This document shows positions 26,785 to 41,220 of a stretch of 64,000 bases of DNA, piece after piece (within the stretch, counting starts at the first letter, position 1; every line of letters starts with the position of its first letter). The notes below the pieces were generated by a model. That model was not told where the DNA came from. It made no database searches and saw only the letters and a program-made list of their open reading frames with translations. The stretch covers positions 175,460,001-175,524,000 of the forward strand of contig OX597814.1 of NCBI GenBank assembly GCA_951406725.2, written 5' to 3'. This DNA comes from Octopus vulgaris (taxonomy: Eukaryota). Position numbers and translations under genes: made by a program.

Positions 26785-28212
26785 ACTGCATCCAGCTAGT
26801 ACTCATTACAGCGGAGAAGACTGGAGCAAAGTATATTCAAGGTCAGAACTTTTCACCTGGTTTAGGAATTGAACCTACGGTTTTATGATCATGAGCTGAA
26901 CCCTCTAACAATCCGGTCAAGCAGTTTCACAAAAAACAACAGAAACATGAGATTACATTTAGACCGACATTAGCATTTCGTAAAAATACAGACTAATATC
27001 TGCATCACAAAAGCTTGTGGATCAATATCTGTAGTATATCCGATTGGAGTTACTAACACTGATTCCCGAATTACATTAATTCACGAATTAATTACTGATT
27101 AAAAAAGTATTTTCATGTTTGCAACTATTGGATAATAGTAGAACTGGATTAAGCGGTTACAATCTTCATTGTCTGAAGCTTTAAAGAGAATCCATCTGAT
27201 ACAAATTTACTTTTACAGCGGTTAGAATCTAATAGTCTTATAATATTTTTTAATATAAACTAGCAATATCCCCCGGCGTTGCCCAGATGCTATGATCTAG
27301 AAGCACATTGTATTATTTGCTCCTTTCTTATGGGCAGAATCGGCACAGCTGATATATAGTTAATGGAATAATGGAAGTTATTTTTTGTTTAATAGTGAAG
27401 GGCGAGGGTGCTTTCTGTTCTTAAGAATGATCGGAAACTATGTACTGTTTCATCGTATAAAAGCGGGTTAATACGATTTTGTCCAGAAATTACGTTTTCA
27501 AAATTTTAATTTCCCTCTATCCCCACCGCAATTTCTTAATTTGTAAATTTTTTCATTTTTTTGTTATCTACGTAGAAATATACAGAGATTACGAATGTGG
27601 GAAAAATATATATTTTTTATTGCTTGTTTTTAAAGAAACACCCAATGCTCCTTCCCCTGTCTCGCCCATCTACCACATCTACCAGCTTTCAGAAAGCTAA
27701 AATCTCCCGATCTTTCACTTTTGTCTGATGTCTCCCGCATGCGTAGAATTCAACTGAAATAGTAGACTTAAACATATCAGACCACCACCAGAAAAGCTGA
27801 CATGCTAGAAACAACAGGTAAACGACATTATTCCTGAAAAAAAAATTCCCTGCTTTCCAAAAAGCTAAAAGTAAACATTGGGAGTGGGTAGCTGTTTGAA
27901 AGCGGTGAGGTGATGAGTAAAATTCTTAAAGATTCGTACTCACTGCTTTTTCTTCATGGATCACTAAGAATAAAAAAAATTAAAAGAAGTAAAAAATTAA
28001 TTTGGTGTGGAGAGAAAAAATTAAACGTGTTTTGTGGGTGAAATCCTAATCTCCTGTTTCACGAACAAAGGAATCGGAAGAAATTTAGGAAAAAAATAAG
28101 AGGAGGGGCGGAAATGTCACCTCGGACATGCTAGAAAAAAGAGGTAAAGGTCAGGATTTCTGGGAAAACTTCCTATTAAGTTTATACGAAGATCAGGTTT
28201 ATAAATACTTGT

Positions 28213-28439
28213 TTTTTATTACTCACAAGGGGCTAAACACAGAGGGGACAAACAAAGACAGACAAACGGATTAAGTCGGTTACATCGACTCCAGTGCGTA
28301 ACTGGTACTTAATTTATCGACCCCGAAAGGATGAAAGGCAAAGTCGACCTCGGCGGAATTTGAACTCAGAACGTAACGGCAGACGAAACACGGCTACGCA
28401 TTTCGCCCGGCGTGCTATCGGTTCTGCCAGCTCGCCGCC
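28213..28439 (-). mobile_element. Full SINE family A copy
   Basis: Highly similar to 6297-6529. Confidence 0.9.
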
Positions 28440-29030
28440 CTCATTAGGTTTATAAATACGCTCATCACAAACACAAATTACACAATAGAAAAATATCATT
28501 TCAACTGGGTTTGAGCGGTAAATTTGCACGTGCATACTGCAAAGATTAACATAATTCGCACAGAAGTTTTTATCTAGAGTGTGTGTATGTATGTGTGTGT
28601 GTGTGTGTGTCAAAAGAAGTTATTTTATGGCATTCTTTAATTTGAAGAAGCAAAGTTATCAACTCGAAATATATGGGATCATAAGATTGTTCGTTAATTT
28701 CCGTAAAATTGTTTTAATTTCTGTATGCTTTGAAGAAAGAAGAAATTGAGGGAGAAGATAAAATGAAAAGGTAACATTTGCTTTGAAGTGAGAGGAGAAA
28801 GTAAAAGAGAGGAGAAGGTTTAAAAAAGTACGTGTATATGAAATGGACGTGTGTGTGTGAGTGTATGTGTGAGAGAGAGAAAGAGTGAGTGAGTGAGTGA
28901 GTGAGTGAGTGAAGGTGTGTGTTGTGATGTATGAAATTCTTTGCATGTAGGTGCAAGTGGCACTCATTCTCTCTCTCTCTTTCTCTCTCTCACACACACA
29001 CATTATCTTTCATATACATGTACATAAAGC

Positions 29031-29114
29031 GGCGGAGGTAAAGAATACGCACACCACCCTTTTCAGCGTAACCCTAATCCTAAAGACCGGGAGTACGTAT
29101 TCTTGACCTTCGCC
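29031..29114. mobile_element. 84-bp MITE-like hairpin
   Basis: Arms are ggcggaggtaaagaatacgcac / gtacgtattcttgaccttcgcc. The spacer contains taaccctaatccta. Confidence 0.6.
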
Positions 29115-29146
29115 TCAAAATATATATGTACACATCTTTTCTATGC

Positions 29147-29278
<132 letters not shown>

Positions 29279-31760
29279 GGGTGAGGTTGTATTTCCTCAT
29301 AACATAGAAAAATAGATGTCTTTTAATGCAATTTTTTGGGTTGTGGCTTATTTTAATACAATATTTATGTGTACATTTTCATAAATGTTCGTCTGAGTAG
29401 AATTCTACGCATGTGTGAAACATCGAACGAAAGTGATAAATTAGAAGCAAATCAAAATATTGTCCGAAAATGAACTCAAAATTGTGCGACCCAACCTAGT
29501 TGCCGAGGTTATTTTAGGTGTAAAACAGAGCTGTTGAGTCAAAATCATTTTTTATTTGGTAGATGAATAATAAGCAGGTTTTTTAATTATAATACACATG
29601 TGACTAATTCGGAGAAACACTACTTTCATAATTCACACATCGTCACTCTCGTAATGCAACACTTTGTAATTTTGGTTCAAATTGAAAGTGTGAAACTATT
29701 TTCATTTTCTAATGAAATCTGGTTGTTGTAGAGAAGTGTATTTGAAATAACTATAGCTGGTTATTGAGATAACGTAGAAAATATGTAAATGAAAATAAAG
29801 TTTATTTGACATGTGTAATTGATTTGATTGTGTTGGAATGCGATGAGCTGGCAGAATGGGATCACGAACTATAAGGATGTTTACTTCATTAGATGTGGGC
29901 TCGGTAAAACAGCGTAAAATATTCTTTACTATAGTTTACTATAGACGTAACGAACGCAGAAACACACACACACACACACACACACACACTCATAGAATTG
30001 ATAATATCGAAAACAGCAAAACGTACACACACGAAGTTCAAGCGAAACGAAATGTAGTCAATATAGGTGCAAAACATACTTTCTGTAGCATAGTTATGCT
30101 ACAAAAAATGGAAAGTCACCAATTTAGCGAAAGTTAGTATTTGGAACATGTACTAAATGTTATAAAATTCACGATTGAATGAATATCACGGTGAAAGTCC
30201 AAGAAAATTCAGAAGGCATAGTTCAATTTCTCATACAAAAACAATTTATTTTACAATTTTGAAACGAATGCTGAACAAAGTGAATAAAAAGGAAGATGCT
30301 GTTTTTGATCTGTGTACCATTATAGGATGTAGAATAAATACTGAGTAATGCAGTAAAAAGGTTATGCAGTGATCAAGAATACAAGGACTGTTAAAATAAA
30401 CAGTATCTTGAAACTGGTTAGAAGGAGTGGAATAACATTTCTGTAATTATATTGAAAGAGCCGGTGAGGCTTTCTACTTCGGTAAGTTTCCGAATTTATT
30501 ATAATAACCAGAATAATATTTTTTTCAGATATATTTGCGAGTATTGTGAGTGGTACTAAATCAGGTAAATCTTCATGTTGGTAGTACTTGAAAGTGAACG
30601 TTATTGCTTCTTTGAAGTCCAAGCCGCAAGTAAACTTTCAATATCCGCGCGTACATTAACGCACACGTACATTTACGCACACGTGAAGCCTATCTCTGTC
30701 CCTGTGTGTGTGTATGTGTGTCAGTCGTCACAAAAATGTATGTATACTGACAGACACAAACACAGTCATACACGTATACTTGTCAATCATCGGCCTAACG
30801 TACGTAACGAACGTGCGAACACACGCATATAGAAAATGTGACGTCATTGTCATTGTAGTGGTGATATTAAAATGTCGATAGGTAACTAAAAGAAAAATGA
30901 TAATGTTAAATTTTTGTAATGCAAATATGTGAATGAAAATATAGTTTAGTTGGTAGCCAAAAACTTACTGAATCTTTTGATACCCCTTACGTGAAAATTA
31001 GCAACTCGGTTTCGGAATGCATAAGGAACATAAGCACGCACACACACACATACAAACTCTCTTTTATAGGTATAGATAACATGTAGATAACAGTCACTTC
31101 ATTTACCGTTGTCACAAACTGTAGTTCTTTGGACAAAATGCCATGTGTTTAATTTCTAATCCTGTCTCATGTTATGAGAGGATGATTATCTCCTTATCTC
31201 CTTGTAATAACTGCCATCACTAAGGAAACCACGTATTATTCTAAATGTATATTCTCGAAAAACAAAACAAAACGAAATAACTAAATAAAAGAATCTACTC
31301 GAGAAAAAGCACCAGCCAATAAAATCGGTCATTAACCGAAGTAAAAGACACTTGAATCGTATCTGGAGAGCTGTTTCCAAACAATAGATATATGGTTTGC
31401 TACTACGATCAACCTAATTTCTTCTTTAGAAATCCTAGCCTGAATTGATAAAATCAGCCTAAGTAACTGAAAAATCGGGAGCAGATGAATTAAGGCGATT
31501 TGATGTTGAAATATATTAAGAGAGACCAAAACCTTCTAAACTGAACATTTCTCAAGAAGGACGAAAAATACTATCAAGAAAGAAGGATATTATTTTCATA
31601 CCTCTACCACCATATAAGGTGTAATGCTACGTACACTGACAAGTTGAGGACTTTGTAAAAGAAGATAAACACAAGAAGTTTCATGAAAACCTCACTGATT
31701 CGAAAGATCGTAAGTGAAGGACAAACATAATCTTGCTGATTACACACACACACACGCACG

Positions 31761-31837
<77 letters not shown>

Positions 31838-32083
31838 ATGTATATGTATATATGTGTGTATATCATATATAATATATATATGTGTGTATATTATATATAC
31901 TCCGGGCGGTTTTCTGCTAGACTCTTGATAATATTTTCACATCTGATTCCAAGTTCTAATAACCGGTATTGAGGAAGGATAGGAGAATATTAGATTTATA
32001 AGCCCTAAAATTCATGCCATAATTGTCCAAGATTCCGAGTTCGATTTCAGGCGGTGACCTGAATAATAATAATAATAATAATC

Positions 32084-32141
<58 letters not shown>

Positions 32142-32281
32142 TAATAATAATGATAATAATAAAACTGTTCTCAGTATTTAAGGAAGCTGACAAATACAAA
32201 CAAGAAATCATACCACCTAATAAACATGAAGAAGAAGAAGAAGAAGAAGATGAAGAAAACCCAGGTTCGAAATTTCCCCAA

Positions 32282-32327
32282 AACACCTGATGAAGGCTGG
32301 ATGGTATATCAGCCGAAACGTTGTGTT
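32282..32327 (+). ncRNA. Minimal type I hammerhead ribozyme motif (Penelope-associated type)
   Basis: aacac-CTGATGA-a-ggctgg atggtata tcagcc-GAAA-cg-TT-gtgtt. Stem I is aacac/gtgtt, stem II has 6 bp, and stem III is the palindromic ACGU. Confidence 0.7.
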
Positions 32328-34623
32328 ATTAACAAACAAGATGAGGACAAATATCCGTCAAATGTAAATAATGTAAATGATATACTTGTTGATGTTTTTG
32401 AAATTCCAATGAAAGAACCTTGAATCTAGGTTAGAAACCGGCTCTTTCTCTATTGGCAAAGAATCTTGAAATAAGACTGAATGATAGCATACATATACAC
32501 ATTGATACATACAAAAACATGCATACATGCTACTTATTTGTATCGGTCATTTTTGCCGAACCGCTAAGTTACGAGGACATAAACAAAGAACACCGGTTTG
32601 TCAAGCGATGATGGGGAACAGACACAATACAAAAAAAAGACACCACTCACAGATATATAGAAACATACATGTAGTCATACATACATACATACATACATAC
32701 ATACATACATACATACATACATACATACATGTACATATAGAAGTAAATGTAGGAATAAGCAAGTTATATCAATATATAACGTATATTAAATACATCAAAT
32801 ACAAAAAAGCATATATGGATATATACAAAAAGGTCCGACTTACACAGAATAGGAATGAAATAGAGAATTAAAGGGGTTGAAGAGAAGTATTATGTCATTA
32901 TTCAGCTTTATTTCAAGATTTCTTGCCAATAGATATAACTTAGATCCAAGACTCCTTCATTGGAATTTCAATATCAGCAGGGTATTTTTGTATGTATGTA
33001 TATGTGCAGATTTGTACGTTTTGTTTTATGTATGTATTCTCATACAAATAGTTGCATGTCTAGACATGTTCATATATACTATGTATGTATGTATGTATGT
33101 ATGTATGTATGTATGTATGTATGTATGTATGTATGTATGTATGTATGCATGTATGTATGTATGTATGTATGTATGTATGACTACCATGTATGTTTCTATA
33201 TATCTGTGAGTGGTGTCTTTTTTTTGTATTGTGTTATTAACAAACAAGATGAGGACAAATATCCGTCAAATGTAAATAATGTAAATGATATACTTAGAAA
33301 CCGGCTCTTTCTCTATTGGCAAAGAATCTTGAAATAAGACTGAATGATAGCATACATATACACATTGATACAAATAATATTAACTCTTTTCGACATTTCT
33401 ATACACACATGCAATAAATACATATGTTTATATGATACATATCAAGCCGTGCCATTTCGCTTGGCAATTAAATTTTTTTTAATTTCACAGGTACACTAAT
33501 TGGTATAAGCAGTGGAAAATCAGGAAAAATAATCATTAATAGGACTTTTCTTGAAATGTTTTAAATAAAAACTGAATTTGAAAACAGAAAAATTAGAAAA
33601 CAAAAATACATTTCCAAAAAAAGCAGCATCTACATTTTTAATGCTGTATGTAGCGTTATTGCTTTCGTTAGCATTTCTTGAAAACATAGCCAAATCTAAA
33701 ATTGCATTCTAATTTATTTGTAAAATCTATTAAGAAATCCAAAGAAATCGTCATCTTCACTGATATATATATATATTTTTCGATTTATTTTATTTTTATT
33801 TTAAAATAAAAACAATTATTTGTGCTGAAAGTATTTTCATTACAATTTATTGATTCCATGCAGATATTCTGGTAATATCTGGGCATAAATAATTAATGTT
33901 AATATCGTTTCAATTATTTATGCCTATGTAGCTATACGTTTCTGGAACATAATTTTACAAATATTTCTCATAAATTCATAAATTCAACATCTATTTTTAG
34001 GTAACAACGAATCCTAATGAAAACCGAGAAGATATACAATACAGCGATAACACATTCCATGTGAAGCATAGCGAAGCATTAGGAGCTAAGATAAAGAGAG
34101 ATAAAAAAAATAAAACTCCAACATTAGTTTGTCTAAAATATAGCCAAAATAAAACGTTAATTAAAAAACAAAAAAAACAAAAAGAAAGAAGAAAATAGAG
34201 CCATTAGGCTATAAAACAATAATGATTAGTTGTATGTTGTTTATTGGCGTTGGAAATTGACCATAAATACGTGAACCTATGTCAGCAAACGGCTATTCTT
34301 GTAGTTATCAATAAAACATCTCTTTTGCTACAGCTGAGCTGTTTGTTATTTCCCATTATCAAGTTATTGGTTCCCTGCAAAAGTCAGCAACAAAAAAATA
34401 CAGCCAGCCAATAAACTGACAAACTAGGCGTATGTGTGCGTGCGTGCGTGTGTGTGTGTGTGTGTGTTGACATGTTAAGAATTTAGAAACTTCGAGACGA
34501 ACGTGAATAATTCTTTTTTGGAGCATTAAATCTCGAAGCATATAATATATAATATTATGCAATATAATGTAATGTTATATAATATAATATTATATATACA
34601 ATATAATATGTTATATAATATAA

Positions 34624-35131
34624 CTAGCAGTATCGCCCGGCGTTGCTCGGGTTTGTAAGGGAAATAACTATATAAGCATTTTTAGAGAGTTACTTCCCTT
34701 ATAGATGCCAATTCGGGCTTTCTTAGCCATTTCTGTTTTGGTGTCTTCAAGCCATGAAGTCGTTGTTCTAAAAGAACGCTGGTCTCCTTGACAACGCTTT
34801 ACGACGTTGATTTCCTTACACTCCCTTCCCCACAGCTTCACGAGGGAGGGAAGAAGGGGGGAGAAGCAAACAGGTGTGACTATGGAAGCCAACTCCGCCG
34901 CCATCGACACACGAAAGATTATGCATTAAAATGGAATAAAAAATGATGTTAAATTATTTTTAAAATCGTAGACTCATCGTAGACGCGCGCTAATAGCCAG
35001 ACGGGCTTGATATGAATCACGACTATAAGATACCCGAATTTGGTTAAACTGCACCGCAAAATGTGGGAGTAGTTAGGAATATAAATCGAAGGGGACAGAC
35101 ACTCACACAACTACAGTTTTATATATATAGA
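34624..35131 (-). mobile_element. Non-autonomous Helitron (approx. 508 bp)
   Basis: The minus strand starts A|TCtatatatataaaactg and ends with the hairpin cccgagcaacgccggg followed by CTAG|T. The target is AT and there is no TSD. Confidence 0.85.
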
Positions 35132-35154
35132 TATGATATAATATAATATAATAA

Positions 35155-35300
35155 GGCGCTGAGCTGGCAGAATCGTTAGCACGCTAGACAAAATGCTTTA
35201 CGTTCTGGATTCAAATTCCACCGTGGTTGACTTTGTCTTTTGGAGTCAATGAAATAAGTACCAGTTGAGGGATCGATGTATTCGACTTCCGTGTCCCTTA
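35155..35300 (+). mobile_element. Degenerate SINE family A copy
   Basis: aggcgctgagctggcagaatcgttagcacg head with internal deletions. Confidence 0.75.
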
Positions 35301-35314
35301 AAATTAAAGAACCA

Positions 35315-35835
35315 TGGGAATACTGTGATAACTGATAAAATCACTAAAACTTCATTAGGCAAATTGTTACTCGGACATACAAATATGACGCTTTGTCGTT
35401 GATTACTCATGCATTTACACTAGAAAACCACACACACTAGCACTGAGCATTTCCCATCACCCACACCATACACTATCATCCGTACACCCACACATTACAG
35501 ACGCACACACACACGCACACATCAACACACGTCAAAGTCACTAGCCCCTATACACACACACATACAAATTCTCAGATACACACACGCACGCGCACCTTCG
35601 TTTTGAGATCACCAATACTTTATTATCTACCCTCATTTCTACCTCTCCTGTCAAACCCTTTTTTCCCAAACAGTCGCCATGCTTGACCTCTAAATCCTTC
35701 TTATTGCCTTCTGTTGAAGAGCCTAGGCTCGAAACGTAAAATACTTCCTCACTTTCCCGAGCATCAAACTAATACACCTGTTTGTTGTTCCTACACCTGT
35801 CTTCGTCTTTTATTTTTCTGTAAATTTCAACTATG
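35315..35835 (+). mobile_element. Penelope-like non-autonomous fragment with variant hammerhead motif (35705-35740)
   Basis: ctgttga-a-gagc ctag gctc-gaaa-cg-ta. The downstream sequence is homologous to 17880-17960. Confidence 0.5.
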
Positions 35836-36222
35836 TACGCATCGATATAGATATTCAAATAAAATAAATATATGAGGGACTGCTTGGTCGCAAACGACAG
35901 ATGGGGGTTTAACTTCTTCCTGCAGAGCAAAACTCTTCGATGATTTGTTTATGGTCATCAAATGTACATTATTTCGATCCCCACATAAAATCAACTTTGT
36001 ATGTACGGTTGTATGGTGTAGCATATGTCAGATATCAACATAAAATGAAGTGTTTTACTCAAGAACACAATGCACCACCCGGTCTGGGATCCTGCAGTCG
36101 TGAGTGCAGCATCCTAACAATTAACTCTTGCACCTTTACAAAGCTCTATGTATCTGTCTATCTGACTTTCTTCTCCGTACCTACCTACCTACCTACCTAC
36201 CTACCTACCTACCTGTCTTCTG

Positions 36223-36272
<50 letters not shown>

Positions 36273-36335
36273 AAACTATGTACGTATTATGTATCTATCT
36301 CTCAGTTGTTTTTGTCTGTCTATCTGTCTCTCTCT

Positions 36336-36393
<58 letters not shown>

Positions 36394-36540
36394 ATGGTGT
36401 CATTGAGACCCAAAGGTGTCAGATAATGCTGAATAAGTGCTATAGACGGACCATAGTTAAGTTCCAGATTCGGTAATATTGCGAATAAAAGGGTCAACGT
36501 TGGTTCTATGTCAGCGTGTGTATATAAGAATGTTTTCCGT

Positions 36541-36649
36541 AATAAGATGAAAAAACCAAGGCTGTATAGATATTAGAGCATTTATAGATAGAAGATCTAT
36601 CTATAAGTGCTCTAATATCTATACAGCCTTGGTTTTTTTTTATCTTATT
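36541..36649. repeat. Near-perfect 109-bp palindrome made from a repeat terminus also seen at about 22410-22460
   Basis: aaaaaaccaaggctgtatagatattagagcatttatagataga-aga-tctatctataagtgctctaatatctatacagccttggtttttt. Confidence 0.9.
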
Positions 36650-36661
36650 ACACAAAAAAGT

Positions 36662-36729
<68 letters not shown>

Positions 36730-38501
36730 ATTGCAGCGTGGAAGGTGTTTACAAGCCATTTAAGAAACACACAAAAACCGTTAGATTCACTTCAATATTT
36801 AAACTTAATTTGCCAAAATATTTTCGTCGCTTTGAGACCGCGACGTGTTCCCCGACGAAATTCCGTGCTGCAGCACGTTCACGCATAACTACACGTGGGT
36901 GCATGTTTTATTAAAATACACAATTATGTTCCACTTTATTGTTTTTAATACAGATTTTTCATATATATCCGTACAGTCTTTTGTTGCTGTTTGTTTGCAA
37001 CAATAGGATTCCTAAATCCATACAATATTTCCAGAATCTTGCTAATCTCAATTTCGGAATATGAAATAGAGTTAGTTTCTCTATTGCTTCATTTATGCTA
37101 GAAAAATATCTGTATATTTTACCAGCACTGATTTTTCTTTTGATCGTTAGACTTCTACGTCAGTAATCCTCGTTCTTATTTGTTTTATTGTAGTAAAATT
37201 TATGTAGGCTATACTGTCTAAATATTTTGTTAGTCAGGCTTCGACGTCAATAATCACGTGTCAAGTTTTTGACGTGTGCATTTGTTTGTATGTGTATTTT
37301 AGCATTGTGTTGCAGCATGGGTACTGCTTCCAATTATTAATCAATTTTTTCTTTTTCTTTGGTAGGGAATTTTATAGAGTATGGATTTATTATCCATTAA
37401 TGCTTTTCTGCTTAGCTTTGTTTTGCGTGGTGTGATATAGTGTGTTCAGATTGATCCTTGCTGTAAATGCATGGTGAGTCTATGAAAGAGTGTTGCACAA
37501 GTATAGGCAACATAAGAGCCGGACTCTTGAAGTTCACACACATATTCACATAGACACTCTAACACACATTCACTCGTATGCTTATGTGCGATTTCTAAAC
37601 TCTAGGAACGGTATACAAACGGATTAACATTTAAAATTTCACTGACAATTGTGTGTGTGTACACACACACACACACACACACATAACGACGTCGAAATGT
37701 CTCTCTATCTGTCTACCTACCTCCGTCTCACTTTCAGTCTTTCTCTCATTCTTTCACTCTCTCTCCACACACAGGTACGCACACACGCACATACATACGC
37801 ATGCATGTACACACACACACGTACACACAGATACGCACACACACATATGTAAAACGTATGGATCAAAGAGGTATTTCTGCTTTTAAGGCATGCTGCCAGT
37901 TTATGACGGCAGCGGATGATAAGCAGAAATCTGGAAATATTTCATTTTTATTTGCTCGCACATTACAAATAGTGCAGCCGATAGAAATATTAACGTATCC
38001 TGTAAAATGATAAGCATAAAATCTCTCATTAGGATTTACTCTTTTACTCTTTTATTTGTTTCAGTCATGTGAGTGAGGCCATGCTGGAGCACCGCCTTTG
38101 GTCGATTTGCTCGACCCCAGGACTTATACTTTGTAAGCCTTGTTTGAATTGCATATGATCTTGCGCAATGGGTGTTTATATAGAGTATATATATATTTTT
38201 GGTCGAATTTTATATGATTTATCTATATATGTAGAGGTATTTTAAATAAGGGTATATTTATTTCAATAATTAAAAAATACAAAACACGTATAGGCTAAAA
38301 AAAAAACTATATTTTAGTTCTCTCTGATAATGAAATCTTTGACAGGGAAACAGATTCTGAGCATAAATTTCGGTATGATTTGAGGCTATGGTAAAGCCAC
38401 ATGTCCATATGCTTCGCAGACAGATTGAACAATGGAATTTTATAATTTTAGCCATTCAGCCATGCTTACGTTCACACACACACCACGCACACACACACAC
38501 A

Positions 38502-38578
<77 letters not shown>

Positions 38579-38677
38579 ATGTGCATACACACATATTTAG
38601 AAGAGTAAAGAAGCCAAGATTTCACATATGATCCATTATTACGCTGTTTTTTCAGTTATTTACGGTGTTAAATACTG

Positions 38678-38755
<78 letters not shown>

Positions 38756-38881
38756 CAATCCAAACATGAACAAGCAAGAAAAAGCAACAACGTGAGGACG
38801 TGGAATATGTAATAATAATAGTAATAATAATAATAAGCATGCACACACTCGTGGCATGTCTTCCCCCACGTTGGAAAACAT

Positions 38882-38935
<54 letters not shown>

Positions 38936-39834
38936 AGTCTGTCTATTCATACTTACCTATTGAAAATATGTAAATATGTTAAGAGTCATGATTATACGGA
39001 TATGTTACATACACACATATGAAGGATTATCGTTGCTGTAATGGCATTTGACTATAGAATGCAATCCATCAATTGACAACAAACATCTTACACATTTTAA
39101 TTTAGTTTTCATTTCTTGTTCATTTTATAGTTTTCGTCAGTTTTTAAAAAAGCATTATCTCTGTAAAAATGGTTGCTGTATAGATTGTAGCTATCTTTTG
39201 CAGTATTGTGATTTTCGTTTTTATTGGCAAATGATTTCTCTAGAAAACATCGATTATTATCTCAGTGGACAGAATATTTTTGTTTTATTTGGTGGAGATA
39301 AGGGATTTAAGACCAATTCCGTTTAACCATTAAGTAAATCCACGATGCACATATAGCTATAATACATAACATCGTAGCCTTATATTAGCCACTCTTATTT
39401 TTTTTTCTTCTTAATATCAAAATCTATTTTGTTTTTAATTTTTCTATTATGAGTTTGCACATGCTTTATTTTTCCCTGCTCAACATCAGCTTCTCGTTCT
39501 ACAAGATTTCTGAAAGCTTCTTGTTGAAGAAAAGATTATACAACATTAATTTCTATTTTCGTTTTTTTTTATTGCTCCATTATATAAAAACCAAGAAAAG
39601 GGGTAGCATTTCCACGCATTATGTGTTTTGTCTTATTTGGTAAGCTATAATAATGTTAGACCTTTGAAACCAAAACTACTCCAGACTTTATATATTTATT
39701 AAAAATATATTTTTTTAATTGCTTGCACATGAACAAGCAAAATCTGCTAAGCACGTTTCGTTTAGAATCACTTTAAGCAGAGCCAGAGAGTTCCCGAATG
39801 GATAGTAAAATAAAATATAATAATAACAATAATC

Positions 39835-40022
39835 CTTTCTCCTGGAAGCAGATGGCCTCAAATTTGTGGGTGGGTGGGGGGAATCGATTCAGTCGATTAC
39901 ATCGATGCCAGTGCATAATTGGTACTTATTTAATCGAGCCCGAAAGGATGAAAGGCAAAGTCGACTTCGGTGGAATTTGAACTCAGAACGTAAAAATGGA
40001 TGAAATACCGCCAAGCGTGCTA
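39835..40022 (-). mobile_element. SINE family A, diverged
   Basis: Core cccgaaaggatgaaaggcaaagtcgacttcggtggaatttgaactcagaacg. Confidence 0.8.
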
Positions 40023-40780
40023 AAGATAAGCTCATATAAGTATAACAAACAAGAGTTAGCAAAACTGTTGAGAGTGGACCAGTAGTTCAGTAGCTCGAAT
40101 CTAGTCTAGATTAGCGCTACAATACCCTTCCTTCAGTGAGTTGGTTGTAAAACAATGAACGAAGAGCATATCGAAATTAAGACAGAAAATGTATTCTAAA
40201 GTATGAATGAGATTTAAAGCCAAAGTACACACCGTAAGTTTTAGAAGAGAGAATCTGTTGTGTGAGAGATCTGTAGTGGAGGTGTGATACATTTGAGCCA
40301 GTAGTAGCCATGTTGCCTATAACGATAAGTAAATATTCAAGTAAGTCTGAACATTGAACGGCAGAAAGCGAAGTTATATATGCTTCGTGATTTCTAGTGA
40401 ACGAAGCTATAAAATAAAAAAGAAAAAGAAAGAAAAGGAATAAAAGACTGCTATTCTCACTTCTAAGTAAATTAGGAAAACTTCTGGCAGTATATGTTTA
40501 TTTAGATGCCTTGGAAGGAAACGCAAAAGGCCAAACGAACATGCTATTGCGGTCGTGAATACTCACTATGTGCAAAGTTAAGTACAACGGGCTTCAATAA
40601 TAAAGAGATGCTGGATGCAAGGTAGTATAGAATGAAAGATAGTTAACGGCTGAATGAAAAAGCATAGGACGCATAATCTGTATTCTTTACTAAAATGCCA
40701 AAGAAAAGTGTCAGGCAGCGTTATATAGCCAGATGAAGAGCAAATGCTGCGAAACTTTCTTTGCTGAAATGTGATATACT

Positions 40781-40986
40781 TTCTTTTTCTCTTTTACTTG
40801 TTTCAGTAATTTGACTGTGGCCATGCTGGAGCACCGCCTTTAATCGAGCAAATCGACCCCAGGACTTAATCTTTATAAGCCTAGTACTTATTCTATCGGT
40901 CTCTTTTGCCGAACCGCTAAGTGACGGGGACATAAACACACCAGCATCAGTTGACAAGCGATGTTGGAGGGACAAGCACACACAAG

Positions 40987-41055
<69 letters not shown>

Positions 41056-41220
41056 GACAGGCTTCTTTCAGTTTCCGTCTACCAAATCCACTCACAAGGC
41101 TTTGGTCGGCCCGAGGCTATAGTAGAAGACACTTGCCCAAGTTGCCACGCAGTGGGACTGAACCCGGAACCATGTGGGTTTGTAAGCAAGCTACTTACCA
41201 CACAGCCACTCCTGCGCCTA
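40781..41220 (-). mobile_element. Full-length CORE-type tRNA-derived SINE (family B; resembles octopus OR-type SINEs)
   Basis: Minus-strand head aggcgcaggagtggctgtgtggtaag (A box), gggttcagtccc (B box), CORE-like aacttgggcaagtgtcttctac, internal (TG)n, tail gaaacaagtaaaagag. Confidence 0.9.

Noticed and set aside
29068-29082. taaccctaatccta as an interstitial telomeric repeat
   Set aside because: Only two imperfect units, located inside a small MITE-like hairpin.
41140-41220. tRNA-like sequence (also at SINE heads near 8450-8524 and 25255-25320)
   Set aside because: These are SINE heads with A/B boxes. I see no full cloverleaf, and each continues into a SINE body.
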